In this document: piece after piece, positions 26,523 to 35,532 of the stretch
How the letters are laid out: every line of letters starts with the position of its first letter
Numbering within the stretch: position 1 is the stretch's first letter
Virus record (IMG/VR): IMGVR_UViG_3300025418_000011
DNA length: 64,000 nt
DNA from: a virus
Reading direction: 5' to 3' (one strand)
Program-made: the position numbers and the translations under genes
The notes under the pieces: generated by a model
Seen by the model: the letters and a program-made list of their open reading frames with translations, nothing else
Database searches by the model: none
Told to the model about the DNA's origin: nothing

Positions 26523-27613
26523 GATTTTTAGCAATATCCGACGAGCATTTGGGGAGTAAGCTGTATAACTTTCAAGAGCTAGAAAATGACTGCAGAGCTC
26601 TATTCTCTAAGACCATAGACTTGGCCATAGAGTTAAAGGTAGATTATCTGGTTAGCGTGGGTGATCTTTTCGACAACAACAAGCCATCGTCAGAGACCAT
26701 AGACTTTGTGGCCTCAGAGCTACGCAGGCTGCGCTCGGCTAGTATACGCCCATTAGGTATTGCTGGAGACCACAGCAAGCCTGTGGATGGAGTTACATGG
26801 GAAAAGATCGCAGGATTCGATCCTATAAATTCAGAGCCTGAGTTTGTGGGAATAGACTATAATGATAATCCGCAACATGTGATAGATTTATTGAATCAGG
26901 AATTAAACAGCAGACCCACAAACTCTGTTAAGTTTATATTCCTGCACCAACAAGTACCAGAGCTATTCTTCTTTATCTCCGAAAAGAAAAAGGTTTCTAT
27001 CAAAGATATAGATTTCTCCAACCAATGCGGGTCTATACAAGCCATATTCTTGGGAGATATACATAAGAGACTGGAAATGTGGTATCATGACCCTGTTTGC
27101 GATAGAAAGATATTCGTTGGCTATTGTGGAAGTCTGGGTGTGACTGCCGCAGACGAAACAAGCAAAGACGGAATCTATTACTGGAATGAGGATAAACTGG
27201 ATCTGGTAGAATATGAGCTGCCTAGGAAGTTCATAACACTGAATATAGATAAAGATAACATAGATAGCTTTGCTCCTTCTGAATATGCAAACTATATGTA
27301 TGAGCAAAATCGTCCTGTGTTTCTTTGCAAATATACTTCAGAGGTATCCGGACAGCTAGACAAGCTCCAGTTTTTGTACAAACTTGGAATAGTTAAATTC
27401 ACCAGAATCAAGTTAGATAAAAACAATCAAGAAGAGTGCGTTAATATCAGATCTGAGCTTAAAACCACAGACAGGATATCTCAAGTATTGCATGAGCTTA
27501 CTAACGGTAAAGAAGAAGCTGATGCCTTATATAACACAGCGGTAAAGCTTTTAACAGAGGATGATCCAGCTAAAATACTGGACGAACTAAAAGCACAATT
27601 ATTAATTAGCTAA
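26519..27613 (+). CDS. sbcD: SbcD/Mre11-like nuclease
   Basis: DEHLG, VGDLFD, AGDH, LGDIH phosphoesterase motifs; upstream of SbcC. Confidence 0.85.
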   Translation: MRFLAISDEHLGSKLYNFQELENDCRALFSKTIDLAIELKVDYLVSVGDLFDNNKPSSETIDFVASELRRLRSASIRPLGIAGDHSKPVDGVTWEKIAGFDPINSEPEFVGIDYNDNPQHVIDLLNQELNSRPTNSVKFIFLHQQVPELFFFISEKKKVSIKDIDFSNQCGSIQAIFLGDIHKRLEMWYHDPVCDRKIFVGYCGSLGVTAADETSKDGIYYWNEDKLDLVEYELPRKFITLNIDKDNIDSFAPSEYANYMYEQNRPVFLCKYTSEVSGQLDKLQFLYKLGIVKFTRIKLDKNNQEECVNIRSELKTTDRISQVLHELTNGKEEADALYNTAVKLLTEDDPAKILDELKAQLLIS

Positions 27614-27614
27614 A

Positions 27615-27956
27615 ATGAAAAACACCACAGTTAAAAATTTGTTACCATCGAAAGATGTATACCTGCAGTTTGATGAAGAGGAATTGCTTACTTACGGCTG
27701 GGAGAAAGGGCAAAAATTCACTCTAGAGACCAGAGAAGACGGTTCTGTTGTTTTGAGGCCATACGTTAAACTAGAATTGGATTTATCGGAATTCCCTCGT
27801 GAAGTCCTGGAGTACTTTGTACGCATTTCTTGCGAGGAAGATAAGAGCGTTAATGACGTTATAGCTGACGTAATTAGCAGGGGGCTAGAAAAACTAGAGA
27901 TCCCCAATAAACAAAACAGCAGCGAATCAAAACCTACCAAAAAGAGTAAAAAATGA
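27615..27956 (+). CDS. AbrB/MazE-like plus RHH-like DNA-binding protein
   Basis: GWEKGQKFTLETREDGSVVLRP swapped-hairpin-like motif; KSVNDVIADVI. Confidence 0.55.
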   Translation: MKNTTVKNLLPSKDVYLQFDEEELLTYGWEKGQKFTLETREDGSVVLRPYVKLELDLSEFPREVLEYFVRISCEEDKSVNDVIADVISRGLEKLEIPNKQNSSESKPTKKSKK

Positions 27957-28489
27957 GCCCAGATCTGGAGCAAAAATTAGTTGAAAACTACCCTGATTTC
28001 TTCAGCGGTAGAAACGAACCACTCACACAAAATCTAATGTCATTTGGTTGTGAATGTGGTGATGGTTGGTATGAGATTATAGATACCTTCTGTAAACTCA
28101 CGCAGAATACACTCAAGTCCAATCGTAGATATGCTAAGTTAAAACCAGAATACTGTAAGGGTGATCAGGAATTCGATAAATATCCATCTCCTGTATTTAA
28201 GTTTTTACAGATAAAAGAAAAGTTCGGAACACTCAGGTTGTACTTTGATATTACATATCCAACGCCTCCAGAGAATCACGACACTTTCGAAGAATCTTCA
28301 ATAGATAAAATCTTCGACGAGGTATGGACAACAATCCACGCATATGAAAACTATGCAAGCTACTTGTCTGGTAGAACTTGTGAGGATTGCGGTAAGCCTG
28401 GAAAAGTATATCAAGGAGGTTGGTTTAGAACACTATGCCCATGGCATGCGGAGCAATCAGGTAGATTAGAGAATGAAGAATTACCATAA
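27953..28489 (+). CDS. Conserved phage hypothetical protein
   Basis: CGDGW...QIKEKFGTLRLY...TCEDCGKPG...TLC signature. Confidence 0.75.
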   Translation: MSPDLEQKLVENYPDFFSGRNEPLTQNLMSFGCECGDGWYEIIDTFCKLTQNTLKSNRRYAKLKPEYCKGDQEFDKYPSPVFKFLQIKEKFGTLRLYFDITYPTPPENHDTFEESSIDKIFDEVWTTIHAYENYASYLSGRTCEDCGKPGKVYQGGWFRTLCPWHAEQSGRLENEELP

Positions 28490-30546
28490 TGGAACTTAAA
28501 AAACTAACACTTAAAAATTTCAGAACACACCGTAAGTTAGAGATAGACTTTAAGAGTGGAATAACTGGGATTGTTGGAAATAACGGCACAGGCAAATCCA
28601 GTATTGTGGAAGCCATAATCTTTCTGTTCACGGGGGAAGGTTATGGTTTTAAAGGTGATATGCTTTCTGTAGGTGAAGAATCTGGCTATGTTATGGGTAA
28701 CATAATGATTGATGGAAAAGAGGCAGTGTTAGAGAGACACCTCGACACATCAAAGGTTAACTTTAAATATGACGGAATCACCTATAAAAAGTCAGGAGAA
28801 GTTGCCGAGATATGGGATAAGCTGTTCCAAATAGATAAAAATATATTTAAAAATATCGTTGTGGCCAGACAGGGCGATATTGCATTGCTTTTCTCTGGTG
28901 ATAACTCTGTGAAAGAAAAGATATTCCAGAAGATATTTCTAGTACCTAATACCACAAAGGTAAGAGACACAATATGGAATAAATATATCAAAACCGCTCC
29001 TCCTGAATATCCGCTATTGGACGAACCCGCCATACTGCAGGAAATAAAAGATATTTCAGAAAGTTCCGCAGATATTAAAAAGACGTTAGATACGCTTGAT
29101 CCCGACCTTTCTGGCACACATGCAGACTTGATATCTAGATTAAAATATTTAGACTCCTGTAATCAGGCAGAAGCAGAAAGGAATGTAATTTCTGAAAAAA
29201 TCGCAGAGTTAGAAAATAATAAACTAGATATTTGCGAAGAAATTAACAAGATAGACACAAAGCTTAACTCTGTGGACATCTCTGATATAACTGAAAAGCT
29301 GCAGGAGTTGAAAGCCTCTAGACCGCTCTATGAGAATAAAAAGCAGTTAACGGATTCTTTGGTTGCTTCTAATAACAAAAAACCCGAAGAAGTACCGCAA
29401 GAAGAAATAGCTAGGTTAGCTACCCTCAGGGAGAATCTGAATAAACTAAAAACAGAATATGATGTTCTGGCTAAAGACTACAATGACGCTATCCAAACGG
29501 TAGACAATTATAAGTCCAAGGGGTTGTTAGACGTGGATAATTGCCCACATTGTGGGTCGGAATTAAAAGACATAGGCGTGTATATCGCTCATATGGCTGA
29601 AAAGGCAGAGGAGATTCATAGCAAGATTCAAGTTATCCAGAAAGAATACAACGATATTTCGGTAACTATTAAGGACATAGAGTACAACAAGAATTTATTT
29701 GATAGTTGGAAAGCTGATAACGATAAGATATTGGCGGGTCTGGCTCCTTTAGAAGGTATATCTTTTGATCAAAATGACTATGAGATATACTCGGCAGTAG
29801 TTTCTCAATACAACTCCATGAGTTTAGAGAAACAGAAGCTGAGTCAGTCTCTGCCTTCTATAGAGTCCGGCATCTCTAGCCTAAATATCAAGAAGGCTAC
29901 TTTGCCTGCATATGATCAGGTAAAAATCTCGATAGAGGTTGAGCAGGACGATATACAGCAAAAAATAAATAATATTGTCGGAGCATTAGAAACCAGCAAA
30001 GATCTTCAAATAAAACTCGCCAATAATGAAAATATGATCTCCCTGAAAAGGGGAGAACTGGAAAGAAACGAGAACACCAAGAAACATAACTCCGCAAGGA
30101 ATAAATATGTTGGTATTCTTAATGACTTGTATGAGATGCTTGCCACATCTCAATTTCCAAGAAAGCTTATACAGACATATAGCTCAAATGTTTCAGAGTA
30201 TCTTTCAGAAAATCTAAGAAACTTCAATTTCCCGTATAGGGCAGAAGTTAATGATAATTTCGGAATAGATGTTTTTGATGATCAGGGTAGAAAGTTACCT
30301 TCTGTGTCAGGCGGCCAGGAAATTATGATAGGTGTGGCATTGCGACTGGCATTGCATTCTATGTTCGGAGAGGCTTTCCCTATGATGATATTTGACGAGG
30401 GATCGGTTCATCTTTCTCAAGAGTCAAAAAAGAATTATTTTGAAGTCATAAAGAACATGAATGAGATGAGTAAGCTAAAACAAATAATAATAATCGACCA
30501 CGATGAAGATTTGATAGATGTGGTGGATAACACTGTAAAATTATGA
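28489..30546 (+). CDS. sbcC: SbcC/Rad50-like ATPase
   Basis: GNNGTGKSS, coiled coils with CPHC zinc hook, signature SGGQ, Walker B IFDEG. Confidence 0.92.
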   Translation: MELKKLTLKNFRTHRKLEIDFKSGITGIVGNNGTGKSSIVEAIIFLFTGEGYGFKGDMLSVGEESGYVMGNIMIDGKEAVLERHLDTSKVNFKYDGITYKKSGEVAEIWDKLFQIDKNIFKNIVVARQGDIALLFSGDNSVKEKIFQKIFLVPNTTKVRDTIWNKYIKTAPPEYPLLDEPAILQEIKDISESSADIKKTLDTLDPDLSGTHADLISRLKYLDSCNQAEAERNVISEKIAELENNKLDICEEINKIDTKLNSVDISDITEKLQELKASRPLYENKKQLTDSLVASNNKKPEEVPQEEIARLATLRENLNKLKTEYDVLAKDYNDAIQTVDNYKSKGLLDVDNCPHCGSELKDIGVYIAHMAEKAEEIHSKIQVIQKEYNDISVTIKDIEYNKNLFDSWKADNDKILAGLAPLEGISFDQNDYEIYSAVVSQYNSMSLEKQKLSQSLPSIESGISSLNIKKATLPAYDQVKISIEVEQDDIQQKINNIVGALETSKDLQIKLANNENMISLKRGELERNENTKKHNSARNKYVGILNDLYEMLATSQFPRKLIQTYSSNVSEYLSENLRNFNFPYRAEVNDNFGIDVFDDQGRKLPSVSGGQEIMIGVALRLALHSMFGEAFPMMIFDEGSVHLSQESKKNYFEVIKNMNEMSKLKQIIIIDHDEDLIDVVDNTVKL

Positions 30547-30770
30547 GTGAACAAGAAAATAATATAAAACAAAACATCGCCTCTTTGATAATCACGACTG
30601 CGTCATTGTTTCATGCTTGGAACAGCAGAGACAAAAGTACAAAGTTAACAGATATAGCGCAATCTACCGCTAACAGGGTATTGTCTGGCTCAAAACCGAA
30701 CAATAATCCCAGCAAGCCAAAAAACAAAAACCGTGGAACACAAAAACCTACAAAAGCTAAGAACGTATAA
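30543..30770 (+). CDS. Hypothetical protein
   Basis: 75-aa ORF with ATGA overlap. Confidence 0.45.
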   Translation: MSEQENNIKQNIASLIITTASLFHAWNSRDKSTKLTDIAQSTANRVLSGSKPNNNPSKPKNKNRGTQKPTKAKNV

Positions 30771-30924
30771 CTTAAGCCCTACGGTTAGGGTTATTATGTT
30801 CGTAGCAATTTATGTGGGATTGCTTTTAGATAAGCCCTATATAAATTTTATACTGGGTGGACTAGGAGGAATATTGATATACCCCATCATTGAAAGTTTC
30901 TTGAGAGAAATCATAGAGGATTAA
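30733..30924 (+). CDS. Small two-TM membrane protein
   Basis: Two hydrophobic segments. Confidence 0.45.
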   Translation: MEHKNLQKLRTYNLSPTVRVIMFVAIYVGLLLDKPYINFILGGLGGILIYPIIESFLREIIED

Positions 30925-30925
30925 T

Positions 30926-32401
30926 ATGCAGATAGAAATAACCAGGTTTGATGGTGGGTTGAGACTAAAGCCGTTTACTCCGTATATGGCCAAGTATCTC
31001 AAGTATCATCATAGAGAAATGCAGACTATACAATACAAACGCGACTGTGTGTTTGTAGAAAAGCTGCTGTACTCTTTGGATAGTGATGGTTATGCATTCA
31101 CGTTGCCTGGGTTTTTCCATCAATTAACAGGGTTGATTCATAGGAATCATGACACATATAACGTGATTGACCTACGGTCAGCCCTGCCCCCTGTGGATTG
31201 GGAAAGAATAAAACAGTTCAAACTTAGAGACTATCAGATACCGCTGGTGGCTGATTTGATAATAAAGGGAGAACAAGACAGTGGAGTAATCAATGCGGCG
31301 GGTGGAGTTGGTAAAACCCATATTGCCGCAGTTACTTACGCCGCGTGGAATGGCTTAAACACAATATTGGCTATTCCGTTAAAAGAAGTAGTTAGACAAA
31401 CCTACCAGAAGTTTAAAACATTTTTCCCTGAAAAGCATGTAGGTCTTGTTGGTGATGGTGTGCATGATGTTAGTAATGACATAACAATCACCACATTCAA
31501 AAGCCTCAAGAGTTGCTCACTGGAAAAATGTGAATTATTACTTGTTGATGAAATGCAATCCGCGGGTAGCCCTACATTTAAGAACTGCATGGAGGTTTTG
31601 CGACCTAAACGTGTGTTCGGATTTAGTGCCACCACAGAGGGTTTATTCAATAACAGTGATAAGCTATTGGTTGGTTTGTTTGGTGAAGACTTGATTTACT
31701 TTCCATACACAGATGCAGAAGAATCAGGAGCTGTTGTGCCTGGGGTTGTGTATATGTTAAATATGCCCAAAGACTATGTGTTTGGGGCATACTCATCTAT
31801 AGAAACCAAGATAAAGCACGGCATCAAGGGCTGTGCTGTTAGGAACGAGCTGATTGGGCAGGTATGTACTAAGATACCAGAAGGGTGGCAAACTATAATA
31901 TTTGTGGATCATGTGAAAGATCACTTGATTCCCCTATATAAATATTTACCACCAGGTACAAAGTATTTACACAGAGAGTCTAGCAAAAAATCAGTAGGCT
32001 CTTTTGCACTAACAAACAAGCAGCAAAAAGATATAGCTCTGGAATTCGCTAATAACGAATTTCAAAGATTAATTGCCACAGATGCCTTCAGGGCGGGTGT
32101 GGATATTCCTAACTGCAGAGTCGTGATACAGGGAGCAGGTGGATCATCAAAGGTCGAAGTACTTCAGGAAGCTTTGAGAGGCAGTAGAATACTTACCCAA
32201 GAGCAGATAGATAAGTTTGGGTTAACAGAAAAAACCCACTTTATCCTGATTGATTTTATGGATGACCATGACCCTGTGCTTAACGGAATGGCTAGAAAAA
32301 GAATACAGTATTACAAGGAGCAAGGCTGGAAAATAAACGAAGTTGATAGTATTGAAGATATTGATTGGCATCAAACCAAGCATATCAAAAAAATCAGGTA
32401 A
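30926..32401 (+). CDS. SF2 helicase (UvsW-like)
   Basis: GGVGKT, VDEMQ, SAT, ATDAFRAGVDIP, QxxxRGxR motifs. Confidence 0.88.
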   Translation: MQIEITRFDGGLRLKPFTPYMAKYLKYHHREMQTIQYKRDCVFVEKLLYSLDSDGYAFTLPGFFHQLTGLIHRNHDTYNVIDLRSALPPVDWERIKQFKLRDYQIPLVADLIIKGEQDSGVINAAGGVGKTHIAAVTYAAWNGLNTILAIPLKEVVRQTYQKFKTFFPEKHVGLVGDGVHDVSNDITITTFKSLKSCSLEKCELLLVDEMQSAGSPTFKNCMEVLRPKRVFGFSATTEGLFNNSDKLLVGLFGEDLIYFPYTDAEESGAVVPGVVYMLNMPKDYVFGAYSSIETKIKHGIKGCAVRNELIGQVCTKIPEGWQTIIFVDHVKDHLIPLYKYLPPGTKYLHRESSKKSVGSFALTNKQQKDIALEFANNEFQRLIATDAFRAGVDIPNCRVVIQGAGGSSKVEVLQEALRGSRILTQEQIDKFGLTEKTHFILIDFMDDHDPVLNGMARKRIQYYKEQGWKINEVDSIEDIDWHQTKHIKKIR

Positions 32402-32465
32402 ACTTCATTTGACTATGGTGGTGTGGTGGGTTAATTTCCATCACACCACATCAAATACACACAAA

Positions 32466-33383
32466 ATGGTAAATAGCTACTTACTCAAAAAACTAAAAGA
32501 CAGGTTTGGAAAAGCCAAGGGTGTGAGTGGAGGTAGCTACAGAGTATGCTGTCCTACTTGCGATCCCAAGGATTCGAAGAAGATGAAAAGATACATCTCT
32601 CCTGGGTGGGCAGTGAGTAATTGCTTTATTTGCGGGCAGATGCTCAAGGTTAGTGATTTACTCAAAGGAGACGCGCTAGAATTTCAATCATTCTCCTCTT
32701 CTGAGGTAGATCAGCAAGAAGATTATCCTCACGCCAAGACTCCACCATACACAGATATCGTGGGCTTTGAATCACTAGATGAAAATCATCCAGCGGTGCA
32801 ATTCTTAAAGAAAGACCATCTCACAAACTTTGAATATTACTTCTATCTGGGGGTAGGATACATACCTCAATCAGGAGGAATAAATATATCATTTGACTCT
32901 GGGTTCAAGATAAACACAGCAGAGAGCATACACTTTCCTATAATACACAGAGGAGAATATGTGGGATGGCAGCTCAGGTTTATTCCTGGAACATTCAACG
33001 GTGATCGCTTGCAGTATATGCGTTACCTCCATCTGTTTCCTAAAGGAGATTATCTATTCAACTATGATGTGGCTAAAAAATTCGACCATGTGATAGTTGT
33101 AGAGGGGGCAAAAAAAGCTCTCAAGTGCATGAACGCCGTGGCTACATTAGGTAAGGGCATATCTTCTAATCAAAAACAACTCATACAGGAATGGAAAAAA
33201 ATAACCATAATGCTTGATGGTGAAGATGCAACACAGGAAAAGGCCAGAGAGTTGGCGGAAGAATTCAATGCTAACGGCAGGAAGTGTATTAATGTAGATC
33301 CTAGAGACTATGGATTCTCCTCTCCTGACGAAGCAACCACAGAGGATTTAAAGAAAATCATAAAAGACATATGGACGAAGTAG
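32466..33383 (+). CDS. DNA primase (Zn finger plus TOPRIM)
   Basis: CPTC...CFIC; VVEG..KAL; MLDGED; start MVNSY at 32466. Confidence 0.85.
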   Translation: MVNSYLLKKLKDRFGKAKGVSGGSYRVCCPTCDPKDSKKMKRYISPGWAVSNCFICGQMLKVSDLLKGDALEFQSFSSSEVDQQEDYPHAKTPPYTDIVGFESLDENHPAVQFLKKDHLTNFEYYFYLGVGYIPQSGGINISFDSGFKINTAESIHFPIIHRGEYVGWQLRFIPGTFNGDRLQYMRYLHLFPKGDYLFNYDVAKKFDHVIVVEGAKKALKCMNAVATLGKGISSNQKQLIQEWKKITIMLDGEDATQEKARELAEEFNANGRKCINVDPRDYGFSSPDEATTEDLKKIIKDIWTK

Positions 33384-33913
33384 AAGATTCTGAATTGCGA
33401 GATTTAAAAGACAGACTAGAGAGTGAATATATCAGGCTGCGTTGTTTGGTGCAGCCTCACTATATCTATCATTCTGCTCCTGCATTTGAAAAAGCGTTTA
33501 AGAAAGCCGCTGTGTTCTGTAAGGCGCACAAAATAACCCCAGAACAATATGCTATTGCCCTATTGGAGAGCTTGGATGGGCATAGGGAGAATTTTTATCC
33601 AAGTTATTTTGGATCCACTTCAGCAAACCAAGTGGCTATAGATTATAGTAAAAATTTCAGCGTTCCATTAGAGGAACTGTATGAATATCAGAAAGAGATG
33701 CTAAGGCACATGGTGCTGGAGATGGGTAGAGATGCCGTATCTACTTTGTTAAATCCAAGGCTAAGATTTTATGCCTGGTTCAGAATACTAGCCACAAAAG
33801 AGCCAGTAAAAGAAATAATCGAAGCTTACAGTGAGGCAGCGCGGAAAGAGATGACGGCCGAGCTCTTAACGTTTCTTAAATCCAAACAATTAGACGTAGA
33901 AAGAATACAATGA
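33371..33913 (+). CDS. Hypothetical protein between primase and helicase
   Basis: 180-aa helical ORF. Confidence 0.65.
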   Translation: MDEVEDSELRDLKDRLESEYIRLRCLVQPHYIYHSAPAFEKAFKKAAVFCKAHKITPEQYAIALLESLDGHRENFYPSYFGSTSANQVAIDYSKNFSVPLEELYEYQKEMLRHMVLEMGRDAVSTLLNPRLRFYAWFRILATKEPVKEIIEAYSEAARKEMTAELLTFLKSKQLDVERIQ

Positions 33914-35322
33914 ATAACGATATTTACAATGATGCGGATTTTATTGAACTGGTAATAAAAAATATTATCAGAGAGCCAAAGGTTTTTGCCCTGGCTAAAA
34001 ACCTAAAAATCGTGCCTGAAGACTTTGGCGGAATAGATATATACAAGGCATTTATACAAATCGCTCTGGAGATCAATGAAGCACCTATAAACGAAAAGTT
34101 GATGCTTATTAATCTGAAGAGCTATCTGAACAAAGGGGCACTAAGTAAAGGCCAAGAGGAACAGATAGGAGAATTCTACGGATGGATCTATGATGACAGT
34201 CCGCTGAATTCAGACTACATCATGGAACATCTGCCTAAGATGTTGAAGCAGCGTAGATTTGGGGCGATTCTTAGAACCGCAGAAAAAGATCCAGATAAGA
34301 TTGCAGCTAGCTTGAACTCATTGGTGTTCGACTTTAAGGACGCAGCTATCAACGAAGAGGAATTATCTTTCACGCCTTTCGACCGCCCTGTGTTCGGTAA
34401 AAAGAGAAAAACTTTCCCTACCGGGTTTAGAGAGATTGACGCGATAATCAAGGGACTGGGTGTTCAAGAGTTTGGAATGATCCTGGGTTACTCTGGTGGA
34501 GGCAAAACGGCAATGGCTGTACATTCTGCATTAGAGACATGTAAGCTAGGGCATAGGGTAATGTATCTGTCTATGGAAGAACCTGCAGAGCATATCATTG
34601 CTCGGTTCTATTCTAACTATTTTTGCGTGAGCTATTCTGACCTTCACCAGGGAAAAGCAGTAGCTGAGGCCGAGGTAATAAGTAAATGGAATGATATGAC
34701 CGACGAGGAGCGTGAGGTTATGCGTAATTTGAAAGTTGAAAACTTAAAAGGCATAGCCATGACCGCCAAAGATATCGGAGCTTATCTGGACAGGTATGCA
34801 GAAAGAACAGGATTTATTCCGGAGGTTGTTTATATAGACCAGATGGATTACATGGAGCCCGCTGAAAGTACAGACGCATCTTGGGAGAAATACTCAAAGA
34901 TAGCTTTCGAGGTAGAAGATTTATCAAACCACTTGATTAATGGGGAACATAAGTTTTCTGTATGGCTGCTTCACCAGGCCACTGGAAAGATGAAAGGCCA
35001 CTTTACAAACGCAGAGATATCTGGATTCAAGGGAGTGATCAAGCCTGCAGATATTGTGGTAGGTATAGGAAAGGACGGACCCGATGCCAAGATAGTTAAT
35101 ATTTTCTCTATCAAGGCCAGACACACAAAGAACTTCTTTGTTCCTCACAGAGCAAATATGGAATTTATGCGTTTTGATACATCCGATGTTGGTGGAGAAG
35201 CCAGAGAGCAAACAGAAATAGATTTAGTACCAAAGCTAACAGGTAAAAAAAATAAATCTAGGTTTAATAACATACCTGACAAGCAACAACTATTGCCGTC
35301 AGCAGATGGTAAATTTTTATAA
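33910..35322 (+). CDS. dnaB: Replicative helicase (DnaB-like)
   Basis: GYSGGGKT, YLSMEE, YIDQMD, KARH. Confidence 0.88.
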   Translation: MNNDIYNDADFIELVIKNIIREPKVFALAKNLKIVPEDFGGIDIYKAFIQIALEINEAPINEKLMLINLKSYLNKGALSKGQEEQIGEFYGWIYDDSPLNSDYIMEHLPKMLKQRRFGAILRTAEKDPDKIAASLNSLVFDFKDAAINEEELSFTPFDRPVFGKKRKTFPTGFREIDAIIKGLGVQEFGMILGYSGGGKTAMAVHSALETCKLGHRVMYLSMEEPAEHIIARFYSNYFCVSYSDLHQGKAVAEAEVISKWNDMTDEEREVMRNLKVENLKGIAMTAKDIGAYLDRYAERTGFIPEVVYIDQMDYMEPAESTDASWEKYSKIAFEVEDLSNHLINGEHKFSVWLLHQATGKMKGHFTNAEISGFKGVIKPADIVVGIGKDGPDAKIVNIFSIKARHTKNFFVPHRANMEFMRFDTSDVGGEAREQTEIDLVPKLTGKKNKSRFNNIPDKQQLLPSADGKFL

Positions 35323-35323
35323 A

Positions 35324-35530
35324 ATGACTACACAAAAAGATCACACATTCATTATCAAATCACCTCCTACATATAATCCGGCAATAATATCAGTAGAGAT
35401 ACATCCAGAGGCTTCTCTTATAGAAGTGATGGACGCTTTTGAGAAATTCTTGATATCTGTGGGTTATATTTTACCAGAAGGAACAAAACTGGGATTTGAG
35501 TATGACCCACCACAAGCTAACCATATATAA
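35324..35530 (+). CDS. Hypothetical protein
   Basis: EVMDAFEKFLISVGY motif common in phage small proteins. Confidence 0.6.
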   Translation: MTTQKDHTFIIKSPPTYNPAIISVEIHPEASLIEVMDAFEKFLISVGYILPEGTKLGFEYDPPQANHI

Positions 35531-35532
35531 TA